A stretch of DNA of 40,000 bases from Singulisphaera sp. GP187 (GCF_900129635.1 NZ_FSRB01000002.1:2894498-2934497); one strand, 5' to 3'. Shown: positions 1 through 8,782, counted from the stretch's first letter. The notes: generated by a model from the sequence alone, not told the origin. Numbers and translations are program-made.

Positions 1-108
1 ACAGTTTATACATGACATGTCGTTCATCTGTGCAGCGAATTCGAGCAGCCGTGCGTCTGGTCTCGATGGGGCCTGACCTAGTGTGTCGCCTCCGCTCGCA
101 ACACGGCC

Positions 109-136
109 GAGCATTGCAATGCTCACAAACGTGAGC
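109..136. repeat. Palindrome cluster: perfect 16-bp palindrome GAGCATTGCAATGCTC (109-124) overlapping inverted repeat GCTCAC-aaac-GTGAGC (121-136). TTGCAATGC recurs at 173-181.
   Basis: Read directly from the sequence. Lies in a visibly AT-richer segment (about 1-250) next to the truncated end of the methyltransferase ORF. Function unknown. Confidence 0.85.
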
Positions 137-208
137 ACAATATGCATTTGTATACGCGTCATTGTATGCGCCTTGCAATGCGACGAGTTGAGGTTGGTTC
201 CCCGTAAA

Positions 209-985
209 CTATAGCCGAATGGCACTGACAGAGCCATAACCTCTTACCGGTCCGGGGCCTGTACAAGATAGGCCCTCCTCGACTTCCCGGCGGGCCTTTG
301 CCACCCAAGCGGCCAGGGCCCGACCATAGGGCGGGTTGACGAAGACGATGCCGTGCCAGGTGACCGACAGCCCGTAGCCCTCGGCCGTCAGGTGGACCCG
401 GGCTTTCACCCGGGTCCGCGACCGCCGCGACGCGCACGGGTCGAGGTCGAACCGGCCGAAAATCGAGTGTAGGGCCTCCAGCAAGGGCGCCGGCGTCTCC
501 CAGGTGTCGTCCGTCGACGAATTCCCGGCGTGGGTGAAGAACGCCCGCGCCTGGCCACGCCGGGCGAGATAGGTCCCGGCCCCGAGAACCGTGAGGACTC
601 GCTCCAGGGTCGAGAGCCGCCCCTCCCCCCGCCGCTCCAGGGCGACGACCGTCGGATGGGACACCTCGACCAGGGCCGCCAGCCCCCGCTGCGAGAGGCC
701 GCGGCGACGGCGGAGCGTCGCCACACGCACGCCGAGCGAATCCCCGGCCGGGAGGTTCCGCCCGGCCAGCTCGAGCCCCAGGGGCTCCAACGCGGTGCGC
801 CACGAGTCGAGGTTGCCCCGTCCGGCCTCCAGGGGCCGGATGGTGGGCAGGGAGAGGCCGGTCAGGCGGGCGAGCTCGGCTTGGGTAGTCCGGGACGCTT
901 TTCGATGGTCGCGGAGGTCGGGCCCGAGCCCGGAATGCCAAGGAAGTTTGAGCAAATCGGCGCCTCCCTCGGGCCGGAATGCCAA
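209..985 (-). pseudogene. Two XRE-type HTH domains fused to a phage-type (Dam/N6A family) DNA N6-adenine methyltransferase domain, apparently truncated at the C-terminus
   Basis: HTH segments: 'RTTQAELARLTGLSLPTIRPLEAGRGN' and 'RGLSQRGLAALVEVSHPTVVALERRGEG'. Methyltransferase motifs: 'WETPAPLLEALHSIFGRFDLDPCA' and 'FVNPPYGR'. Only about 40 aa follow NPPY, ending in unrelated-looking sequence 'LSCTGPGPVRGYGSVSAIRL*' where GC content drops. The start codon at 985 is TTG. Confidence 0.6.
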
Positions 986-993
986 GGAAGTTT
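930..993. repeat. 20-bp perfect direct repeat CCGGAATGCCAAGGAAGTTT at 930-949 and 974-993 (44-bp period)
   Basis: Read directly. The two copies fall in different reading frames at the 5' end of the methyltransferase ORF. The following bases are loosely similar (AATCG[G/C]CGC). Confidence 0.9.
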
Positions 994-1099
994 AATCGCC
1001 GCGTCGCGCGATTGGGAGGGTCATGCCCTTGGTTGTCCACGGTCTGGTCCCCTGCCCCACTCTCGTCAGTCACCGGGAAATCCCGAGGAGTTGCCAGCG

Positions 1100-1630
1100 C
1101 TACAGGGAATTATCCCCGGCTATCCGAGGCTGGGCCGCCCTCCACGAGTGGGGGTCGATCTCGCGGTTTATGATCGCATCAAGCCTGCCGATGGCCTCAT
1201 GAAGATCCTCCTTCTCCAAGCCAGTGTAGACGCCAAGGGTCAGGTTGATGTCGCTGTATCGAGCCAGGGCCACCTTGGACATGACTCCCGAGCGGGCCAG
1301 ATCGGTGACGAAGGTCTTCCTCAGGGCGTGAAAGTCTGCGAACCGGCCGTTGACCTCATCGGGAATTCCCGCCGCCTTCATGTCATGTTGGACCATGACA
1401 CCTCCCTCTTTGTAGAGTGACCAATTGCCTGGCCAGAGCAGGGCTGTCCTGGGTTTGCCTTCCAGCCAAGTCCTTAAGGTTAACCTCCTCCTTCCGGGAC
1501 TTCGACCGGGGATCGAACCAGTCTTGGCAGCTTCGAGAGAACCTTCGGGAGGGAGCTCCGGACCCGGCGACTCGGTTTCGAGTTCATGGGGAGAACGGTG
1601 GTTTCGGGGATTGTAGGCTTCGGGCCGCAT
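1100..1630 (-). pseudogene. Tyrosine recombinase/phage integrase, C-terminal catalytic fragment only
   Basis: Box I 'FHALRKTFVT' and box II region 'LARYSDINLTLGVYTG' (catalytic Tyr context; the usually conserved His is Tyr here). No N-terminal SAM-like or arm-binding region and no credible start. The first in-frame ATG giving homologous sequence is at 1396. Confidence 0.6.
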
Positions 1631-1690
1631 AGCTGTGCCGTCCCCTATTGTTCCCGACCACGCCGTTACTGGAACTGCTTCCTAGCAACG

Positions 1691-2440
1691 TTAGATAGGT
1701 GCCTCAGCCTCACGACTGGAACCGGTAGCGTTATTCCTCGTGCCGGCCATCGTTCTGCTTGAAGTGACCTCGGTTCCGGTCCGGACAGACTTCCGAATCT
1801 CACCTCTCTGGTTGGCCTGGAAGATTTCGCCGGAGTTGACCTCCAGGGCAGTGAGCCAGCCCACACGGGTAGGGTCCGTATCGATCATGACCAGGAAGCC
1901 GAGGTCCCGTACTTTGCCGTGGGGTAAGCGAGTATGACCGGCGACGACGGGCTTGCCCGAAACATGGGGGGCCGTCCGATCAGGTTGGATGGCATCCCAA
2001 CGTAGGCTCTGGTCCGACTGTTTAGACATCGGCTGGTCGGGGATGTAGTTGGCGTGAACGAAGATGAACCCGTCCGTCTCGTGAAATACCCGGCAGTGTT
2101 GCTTCAAGAACCGAAAATGCTCAGGATCGATCAGTTTTTGGTCGGGGTATGATCTCCGGGTGGTGACACCTCCGCAGTCCAGCCAGTAGCGAAGGTCGTC
2201 ATGGCTACGCGCGGCCTTGAAAAGCATCTCCTCGTGATTCCCCATCAAGAGGATGAGTTGGCAGCGGGCGGATAGATCGATCAGTTGCTGGACGGCCCCC
2301 CTGGTGTCGGGGCCATAGTCGATAACGTCGCCGAGGACCACGATGGTGTCGTCGGACTGGGGATTGATGGTTCCGATCAAGGTGCTCAGGGCCGTCGAAC
2401 AGCCGTGGATATCCCCGATTGCGAAGAGACGATTGGGCAT
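1691..2440 (-). CDS. Metallophosphoesterase, PPP-family Ser/Thr protein phosphatase (lambda-phosphatase/PrpA-like)
   Basis: Canonical motifs 'GDIHG', 'GDVIDYG' and 'GNHE'. ATG start at 2440. Confidence 0.9.
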   Translation of the reverse strand: MPNRLFAIGDIHGCSTALSTLIGTINPQSDDTIVVLGDVIDYGPDTRGAVQQLIDLSARCQLILLMGNHEEMLFKAARSHDDLRYWLDCGGVTTRRSYPDQKLIDPEHFRFLKQHCRVFHETDGFIFVHANYIPDQPMSKQSDQSLRWDAIQPDRTAPHVSGKPVVAGHTRLPHGKVRDLGFLVMIDTDPTRVGWLTALEVNSGEIFQANQRGEIRKSVRTGTEVTSSRTMAGTRNNATGSSREAEAPI

Positions 2441-2528
2441 GGCGTCTCTGATTCTCCAGGGGGTTGGGCCATCTGATCTTGGACTGGTCGGAGTCTGATT
2501 CGTCCCCTGACCAGGGGCGGCAACGGGA

Positions 2529-2744
2529 TCAAGCCTGCGTGACGTCCGTCACGGTGTAGCCCGGATGGGAACCTTGAGCGTTCATCCTGGCCTGAAGACT
2601 CGAAGTGGCGGAGATGAAGACGGTGAGAGGAGAGGGGCTGTGATCACCCTTGGGAGCGGAGCCGAACCGAGAGAGCCGGACACGATAATTGCGGGGCCCG
2701 TTGAGGCTGCGGTTGTCGTTTTGGCCTGCGGAGTTGTTAAACAT
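2529..2744 (-). CDS. Small hypothetical protein (71 aa)
   Basis: ORF with GAGGA about 11 nt upstream of the ATG. No recognisable motif. Lies between the (pre-IS) WYL regulator 3' end and the phosphatase gene. Confidence 0.25.
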   Translation of the reverse strand: MFNNSAGQNDNRSLNGPRNYRVRLSRFGSAPKGDHSPSPLTVFISATSSLQARMNAQGSHPGYTVTDVTQA

Positions 2745-3126
2745 CGTCGGTTTCCTCTGGGTTCAGGGGAGAAGCAATGAGAAGTCTAAAACTCCTCACG
2801 TTATGACTACCCGCCGCAACACGATCGCACTCGCAGTCGGAAGGGGCGGTGCTTACCGGCAAGTGCGTTCCCGTGTTGAATTCAGCGAGTCGAGAGGATT
2901 GTCCCTGAATCAGAAGACACCAGTGGGTCAGCCTGATTGATGCCGTCGAAAGAGGAAATTGCCGCGGTGATGGATCCGAGAAGCTACGGGGTCGGGCTCC
3001 AAGAGTTGAGGCTAGACGGGATTGATCAGCGACAATTAAAATTCCCGCCCGCATTGACTCACAGTTTCTGTCACCGAAAATAGCCTGTTGCCTCACCAGA
3101 ATGTTACCAGCCTCTGGAGGTGCAGG

Positions 3127-4716
3127 ATGGGCACCAAACTTAGCAAGCAGACCAGGCTCGAACTCCTCGAAGCGCTACGGGAACGCTATCGAAATGCATC
3201 AAAGATCGAGAAAACCCGGATTCTCGATGAATTCATCGACATCGCCGCCTTTCACCGCAAGCATGCGATCCGCCTCCTCAAGGGAATCGGTCCCCTCATG
3301 CCCGATCCACCCCGACTCGGCCGGACGATCTATTCCGAGGCAGTCCGCGAAGCCCTCGTCGTCCTCTGGGAGGCTGCGGATCGGATCTGTGGCAAACGCC
3401 TCAAAGCGATCCTCCCCAGTCTGATCTCAGCCATGGAGCGGCACGGCCATCTGACGCTCGACGCGAAGGTCCGTCAACTCCTTCTCGCAGCCAGTCCCGC
3501 GACCATCGATCGGTTGCTGGCGCCGATCCGGGGCACGGCAGGCCACCGCAGGAAGCGGAAGCCGACGACGAAATCCGGCCGGGAGATCCCCGTGCGGACG
3601 TTCGCGGATTGGAAGGAGCCGGCCCCTGGATTCCTGGAGATCGACTTCGTTGCCCACGGCGGCGACTCGATGCAGGGGACGTTTCTGTGGAGCCTGGTGG
3701 CAACCGATGTGTGTTCGGGCTGGACCGAAGCCGTCGCACTGGTGGCTCGGGAGCAGTCTTTGGTCGTCGAGGGACTCGAAGTCATCCGCCGCCACTTGCC
3801 GGTATCGGTCCTCGGGATCGACTCGGACAACGACAGCGCTTTTATCAACGAGACACTCCAGGGCTACTGTAAGGAGCAGAAGATCGAGTTCACGCGGTCG
3901 CGACCTTACCAGAAGAATGACCAGGCCTGGATCGAGCAGAAGAACGGCACGGTGATCCGACGATTCGTGGGCTACCGCCGGTTCTCCGGCCTGATCGCCG
4001 GTCAGTGCCTGGCACGTCTCTACGGAATGGTCCGCTTGTATGTGAATTATTTCCAGCCGTCGTTCAAGCTCCTCTCCAAGACGCGGGACGGGGCCAAGAT
4101 CAAGAAGCGGTATCACAAGCCGGCGACACCTTGCGAACGCCTCCTGGCTCATGCCTCGGTCTCCGACGCGGCCAGGGAAGCGCTCCGAGCGGAACTCGCC
4201 CCGCTCGATCCAGCGGCCCTCCTGCATCAGATCCGGGAGGGGCAAGCCGCTCTTGCCGCGCTCGGTTCGGGTGACCTTAGTCGCGGCCCGGAACGGCAGA
4301 GCCTGGAGGAGTTCCTCGCCCAGCTCCCGGAGTTGTGGCGTGAGGGGGAAGTCCGTCCGACTCATCGCAATGAATCCTCATCATCGCACACTTGGCGGAC
4401 CCGGAAGGACCCGTTCGAGGAGGTCTGGCCGGAGATCCTCTTGTGGCTCCAACACGATCCCGATTCGACGGCTAAGTCCTTGATGGATCGGTTGCAGCGA
4501 GTTTACCCCGGCCGGTTCCCAGACGGGCTGCTGCGGACCTTACAACGCCGCGTCCGGGAGTGGCGTCATGTGATGGCAAGATCGCTTGTTCATGGCATCC
4601 GGCATGGGAATGGAGCCGATGAGGAGCCGCTCGTCGTCGGTGAGAGTGCGTCGGATTCGACGCGGGAGAATGGCACCAAACCCGTCAAACTGAGAAGGAG
4701 CGAACCCGAATCGTGA
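3127..4716 (+). CDS. DDE-type (rve/RNase H fold) transposase with N-terminal HTH
   Basis: Catalytic core 'LEIDFVAHGG ... LGIDSDNDSAF ... AWIEQKNG' (D, D, E spacing typical of the integrase core). GGAGG lies 6 nt before the ATG at 3127; the ORF-track start at 3088 is TTG. IS family (IS481-like versus other) not resolvable by eye. Confidence 0.9.
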   Translation: MGTKLSKQTRLELLEALRERYRNASKIEKTRILDEFIDIAAFHRKHAIRLLKGIGPLMPDPPRLGRTIYSEAVREALVVLWEAADRICGKRLKAILPSLISAMERHGHLTLDAKVRQLLLAASPATIDRLLAPIRGTAGHRRKRKPTTKSGREIPVRTFADWKEPAPGFLEIDFVAHGGDSMQGTFLWSLVATDVCSGWTEAVALVAREQSLVVEGLEVIRRHLPVSVLGIDSDNDSAFINETLQGYCKEQKIEFTRSRPYQKNDQAWIEQKNGTVIRRFVGYRRFSGLIAGQCLARLYGMVRLYVNYFQPSFKLLSKTRDGAKIKKRYHKPATPCERLLAHASVSDAAREALRAELAPLDPAALLHQIREGQAALAALGSGDLSRGPERQSLEEFLAQLPELWREGEVRPTHRNESSSSHTWRTRKDPFEEVWPEILLWLQHDPDSTAKSLMDRLQRVYPGRFPDGLLRTLQRRVREWRHVMARSLVHGIRHGNGADEEPLVVGESASDSTRENGTKPVKLRRSEPES

Positions 4717-5106
4717 CAAGCCTGATCGGAGTCCAGGAGGGCTATAGTCCACGGGCGAGTCAAATCCATGTTCATTAGAATTTTTGATGAAACCGGGGTT
4801 GGGAGAGAAGGTGGTGAACGTTTGGTCCAAGGAACTGGTTTTGCCGCTTTCGTGCCAATCCCGAAGGAAAGACAGGGCGGCATCGTGCCGCCCCTCCTTC
4901 GGTCTTGGCCCCTGGGTCGGCGCTCGGGCCGTGTCGCCACGGAGCCCTATCCTCCGCCCAGGCCATCCTCCATCGTAGCGCCGTCTACCCCCTCGAGCAA
5001 CGACCTCTCGGCGATCAGACGGCAGCCTGAACTCACGCGCGGGTGGCTCTCCTCCTTTCTCACGCCGCATCCAACTTGCGGTCCCGCTCCTCGAAGATCG
5101 TTCTGG

Positions 5107-5381
5107 CAAGTGTCGGACGAAGTCGATGATGGAGTCACGGGTGTCATGGGGAACCCAGGTACTGGCCAGAGCCCACCCCTCCCACCACCAAACAAAAATT
5201 GGCATTTATGCATGTTTTGTATTAATTCGGTGATAACTTCGTTCTTGCGTTGGAGCTTGTCGCGGAGTGCGGCGATGCTGGGTCTCAAAGTCTGTCCCGG
5301 AAGGTGAATCCAGAGATCAGAGATGGGGACGCGGTCGATCAGATGACGCCTGAGAATGGCGACCTTCTCGACACGTGTATA
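5107..5381 (-). pseudogene. Degenerate IS3-family OrfA/OrfB-junction remnant inside the IS
   Basis: 'YTRVEKVAILRRHLIDRVPISDL ... IAALRDKLQRKNEVITELIQNMHK' (OrfA-like leucine-zipper region). In the next frame, 'WVPHDTRDSIIDFVRH' (OrfB N-terminus-like). No DDE domain follows. Confidence 0.45.
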
Positions 5382-5472
5382 ATCGCTCGAAGTTCTGTCA
5401 ACGCTGAGTTGAGAATGAAACGGCTCTGGACCACTGGTAGCATACTTGACTGAGGCAACACGGCAGGGAATT

Positions 5473-6507
5473 TTAATTGTCGCCAATCACGGGATCATTT
5501 CCGTTCAGGTCAAGGGCTGTTCGGAGATGCTCGAGTAGCATTCCTCGGAGTTCTGGTGGACGGACGACCCGAGCCCTCCCTGACCATCCCAGAACCCAGT
5601 GCACGACCTCGTTCAGGCCGTCGACCTGAAAACCGAGCGTGACGCTGCCGTCCTTGTGTCGGTCTATCTTCTGGGTGTGATGCCAGGTTGTCTCGGTGAC
5701 CAGGTCGGCGGCCTCTTTGGAGAACCTGACCTCGACCACGTAGCTTTGGTCTCCCCGATAGACACCCCAGGCATCGCCGAAATAGACCTTCAGATTGAAG
5801 TTGTCGGGGACCACCGAAGGGGCGTCGAGGGGTCGCAAGGTCTTGAATCGAGGGACCCGGTAGGTTTGTGGCTGGTCGGAACCTTCGGGGCGGGCGATGA
5901 GATACCAGGATTGCTTGACCAGGCAGAGTCGGTAGGGGTGGAGCTCAAGTCGCTTCGGTTTGGGCTCATACGGGGTGGCGTAGGAGCCGGTGAGCCGTTG
6001 CCTCTTGATGAGGGCCCACTGGATGGTCTTGATCGTCTCGTGGTGGCGGCTGTGGTCGGCAAGCTTGAGGTCGAAAACGGAGGTCACCCTCTCGACCTCG
6101 GCGAGCAAGGTGGCCGCTTTCTCTCGTGACGAAACCTGGAGTTTACGGGTGGTTGGTCCGGCCCCACTGGTCACGTCCAGACCCGGTGCGGAAGTGAGCG
6201 TGGCAGCCGTGGCCTGGCCGACCAGTTCGTCATCGCTGAGATTCACACTGGGGAAGTGGAAGCCCGGTCGTACCCGAAGACATTGGTCCTCCCGGTCGTG
6301 ATAATAGGGAACCCCAGCCATCTCCAAGACGGCGAGATCACGGAAGATGGTACGTTCCGAGCACTCCAACTCGAGGGCTATCTCCTTGATCGTGGATCGG
6401 CCCCGCCCCTGGATGAGTTCCAGGACTCGTAGGACCCGGGCGAAGCGAGCCGCTTGACGCAGGCGACGGTCAGAATCTGACCGTCGGGGACGGTCGTCTT
6501 TAGGCAT
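5473..6507 (-). CDS. HTH (DeoR/HTH_11-type) + WYL domain transcriptional regulator
   Basis: HTH region: 'ARVLRVLELIQGRGRSTIKEIALELECSERTIFRDLAVLEMAGVPYY'. WYL region: 'LHPYRLCLVKQSWYLIARPEGSDQPQTYRVPRFKTL'. The ATG at 6507 has AGGA upstream and matches the paralogue's N-terminus; an alternative ATG is at 6558. The last 4 codons plus the stop are supplied by the IS right IR. Confidence 0.9.
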   Translation of the reverse strand: MPKDDRPRRSDSDRRLRQAARFARVLRVLELIQGRGRSTIKEIALELECSERTIFRDLAVLEMAGVPYYHDREDQCLRVRPGFHFPSVNLSDDELVGQATAATLTSAPGLDVTSGAGPTTRKLQVSSREKAATLLAEVERVTSVFDLKLADHSRHHETIKTIQWALIKRQRLTGSYATPYEPKPKRLELHPYRLCLVKQSWYLIARPEGSDQPQTYRVPRFKTLRPLDAPSVVPDNFNLKVYFGDAWGVYRGDQSYVVEVRFSKEAADLVTETTWHHTQKIDRHKDGSVTLGFQVDGLNEVVHWVLGWSGRARVVRPPELRGMLLEHLRTALDLNGNDPVIGDN

Positions 6508-6558
6508 GAGAGAGTTCCTGAGGCTGAATCTTGTAAAGTTCTCTTCATGTTCAAGCAT

Positions 6559-6590
6559 CGTCGCCAGTGGTCCACAGGATCCTGGCGACG
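6559..6590. promoter_or_regulatory. Perfect 9-bp inverted repeat CGTCGCCAG-N14-CTGGCGACG upstream of the WYL regulator start
   Basis: Read directly. Lies between the lipoprotein stop (6650) and the WYL start (6507). No U-tract follows on the minus strand, so it is an operator or attenuator candidate rather than a classical terminator. Confidence 0.4.
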
Positions 6591-6649
6591 GTCTGGGGCA
6601 TCGCTTGGGCTTAGTTTTCCTACGATCGCGTCGACGGAAGGGAAGGTTG

Positions 6650-7267
6650 TTACTGACCCTTCTGCAGCTTGACGACCTCCTCCGTCTTGGTCCTGGCCTT
6701 GGACCAGATGAGTTCGACGGAATCGTTTGGGATCGTCTTCCATCCGTCCGATTCTGTGACAGGAAGCTGGTAATGGGTGGCGTAGTCGTCGATCCCGGTG
6801 CTTCCTTCGGGGTAGAGGTTCAGGAGAATCCCATGGATTGTTGCGATTTTGAAGTCCGTGAACTGGCCGATTGATCCCACGGAACCAGCGGCCACTTTCA
6901 TCTTGGATTGCTCCTGGGCCAGGTCGACCATGGCGGGGATTTGGAGCTTCACGTCCCAGATGGCTGCCGCGTCCTTGTAAATCTGCAAAGCCTCGGAGTA
7001 GCCCTGGATCACTCGTTGTTCCCGATCAGAATCCACCTTGTCCTTGGCCAAGGAGACCTCCGTGGCGAACTTTCCCAGAAGCTCTCCGAATCGTTGACGG
7101 TTCATCCCGACATCCTGAGCAGACTGGAGCTCCGTCGCGGTCCTGTTGACCGGCTCGAAGACCTCGGGCCGGAAGGTGGGTTTAGGGGGCTCCGACGCGG
7201 GTTTGTCGGAACAACCGGCCGAGATGACCGCTACGAGCATCAGGGGTATTATTCTAGTTGAGTTCAT
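6650..7267 (-). CDS. Putative lipoprotein, function unknown
   Basis: N-terminus 'MNSTRIIPLMLVAVISAGCSDK' is a signal peptide with lipobox (ISAG|C). ATG at 7267. Confidence 0.75.
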   Translation of the reverse strand: MNSTRIIPLMLVAVISAGCSDKPASEPPKPTFRPEVFEPVNRTATELQSAQDVGMNRQRFGELLGKFATEVSLAKDKVDSDREQRVIQGYSEALQIYKDAAAIWDVKLQIPAMVDLAQEQSKMKVAAGSVGSIGQFTDFKIATIHGILLNLYPEGSTGIDDYATHYQLPVTESDGWKTIPNDSVELIWSKARTKTEEVVKLQKGQ

Positions 7268-7279
7268 GGGTATGCCTCT

Positions 7280-7809
7280 TTAGACAAAGTTGGAGTCAGG
7301 ACTTGCGGGGGGCGTCGAGGGGGCTGTGGAAGGGGACGTCGTATCCAGATTGAGGGAGATGCCGAGGGCTAGCTGCACGGCCTGGGGATCGTCCCCCATC
7401 ATCCGTTCGTGCTCGGTGTAACACAGTGTCGGGCTGATGAGCCGAAATCGTTCCTTGACCTGTTCGAGCCAGTCGGAGACCGGTGCATCATCGCCGTGAA
7501 TGATGAGATAACCCGACTTCGGGTGAGTGATCCGGCCCCGGGAGAGTCCCGTGTGGTGATCTCGGAGTCGAGACCTGAGCACCTTGGGCTCATTGCCCCA
7601 CGTCGTCGCCAGGAAGTCGAGGACGGTCGGCCAGAACTGTCGATGAGACACCCCGTCCCAGACACCAAGGTCGTGACAAGTCACGAGATCCCAAGTGATG
7701 CCGTCGGGTCGGGGTTTGGGAAGCCAGTAGTAAGCCCCGGTGAGTGAGAGGTCCGGGAGGGGCCTTCGCGGACGGGGCTGGGCTGAATCCGAAGGGCGTG
7801 AATTCAAAA
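7280..7809 (-). CDS. Hypothetical protein
   Basis: Only the C-terminal about 175 aa of ORF 7280..8152 escapes overlap with the upstream gene. A TTG start at 7809 overlaps that gene's stop (TTTGA). The sequence 'YYWLPKPRPDGITWDLVTCHDLGVWDG...' looks protein-like. No motif recognised. Confidence 0.5.
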
Positions 7810-8664
7810 GTATCGCTCCATAAGATAATCTACGTAGGCTCCGTGGGTGTCCCCGTGCGTGAGGGCCAGGGAATGGATCAGGTCGGGGTAGGCGATGGCA
7901 CGAAACTTGACCCTGGGGCGGCAAGCATTGGTGGAGAGCTGGAATCGCCTGATCTCGTCCTCGTGGATGGCGGCATCGGGCCCGGGGGCCGGATACCAGA
8001 GGTACACCAGCTCGAAGTTCGGAGTTCCATGGAACCCGGCGTTGACACCAAGTATGTGCTTGATGAGCTGGGCGACCTTCAATCGCTGGAAGAGGATTTC
8101 GCCCTGGTGGATCTGATTGGCCAATTCCTGGAGAGGCTCGAGACCCTCCCACATCGCCGCGTTCTCGGGAGCCAGGTAGCGGTCTGCGAATGGACCTTGA
8201 TCCTGGGTGTAGAGTTCCGCAAACTTCGATTCGATCGCAATCGCCTTGGTGACCCCGGGTTCAGCTTGATCTCGGTATCTGATCACCACGTCGAGATGGG
8301 GTGGGACAGTCTGAGCTTTGGGTGAGACCGGCCAGTTGATGGGGTAACGTGCTTCAAAGCGGACGTCCTGGACCGTGAAGTTGACGAGGGCCGGACAAAT
8401 CGCCGAGATGATCGGTGCGTAGTCCTGGTAGAGCCGCCAGTAGTTGAAGACGTTGGCGACCAGGGCCGAGCTGGAATGGACGGCTTTCATGTTCCGGTTG
8501 AGTTCGTCTCCGGCCCCGGCCTGATATTCCAGGATGGCCTCTGCCGTGAGAGGCAGAAAGAGATTGTCGTTCAAGGAGGCCGCATAACCGGCTTCATCGA
8601 TCGTGATGCCGTGGCGACGGGCCCAAGAATATTGACGTTCCGCGATGTACTTGGACGGGTGCAT
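7804..8664 (-). CDS. PD-(D/E)XK (restriction-endonuclease-like) family protein
   Basis: 'HSSSALVANVFNYW' N-terminal motif, then core 'HLDVVIRY ... KAIAIESKFAELY' (D ... E-x-K). ATG at 8664. Confidence 0.7.
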   Translation of the reverse strand: MHPSKYIAERQYSWARRHGITIDEAGYAASLNDNLFLPLTAEAILEYQAGAGDELNRNMKAVHSSSALVANVFNYWRLYQDYAPIISAICPALVNFTVQDVRFEARYPINWPVSPKAQTVPPHLDVVIRYRDQAEPGVTKAIAIESKFAELYTQDQGPFADRYLAPENAAMWEGLEPLQELANQIHQGEILFQRLKVAQLIKHILGVNAGFHGTPNFELVYLWYPAPGPDAAIHEDEIRRFQLSTNACRPRVKFRAIAYPDLIHSLALTHGDTHGAYVDYLMERYF

Positions 8665-8782
8665 GAGTCTCGTCTTCCTCGTAATTTGAGGGGATTTGAC
8701 GAGATCATAGGTCTGTCTGATGACACCAGTAGGTCAGCCCTGAACCGGGATGTCCGGAGTTTTTTGGGAATCTTCCTCTCGC

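Larger units (their letters stand above)
3023..5489 (+). mobile_element. Insertion sequence (2467 bp) with TG...CA termini, 24-bp imperfect terminal IRs and a 6-bp target-site duplication CGGGAT
   Basis: Left end TGATCAGCGACAATTAAAATTCCC (3023-3046). Reverse complement of the right end TGATTGGCGACAATTAAAATTCCC (5466-5489): 22/24 identical. CGGGAT is present at 3017-3022 and 5490-5495. Carries a DDE (rve) transposase. Confidence 0.85.

Noticed and set aside
159-1073. Long alternative-frame or antisense ORFs throughout the window (for example 159..1073, 3427..4365, 12335..13114, 20115..21137, 33523..34239, 36103..36816, 36741..37406).
   Set aside because: They overlap genes with clear family motifs. 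Their products are Arg/Pro/Gly/Ser-rich low-complexity sequence, typical of non-coding frames in high-GC DNA, and no motifs were recognised.
3047-4790. Inner inverted repeats that would define the rve transposase unit as a separate IS nested in an IS3-like element.
   Set aside because: Only a 6-nt match (ATAGCC) was found between 3060-3125 and the reverse complement of 4717-4790, which is insufficient.
7810-8152. The N-terminal part of ORF 7280..8152.
   Set aside because: It overlaps the well-supported 7804..8664 gene in another frame, and its translated sequence is Pro/Arg-rich. Only the non-overlapping C-terminal part looks protein-like.
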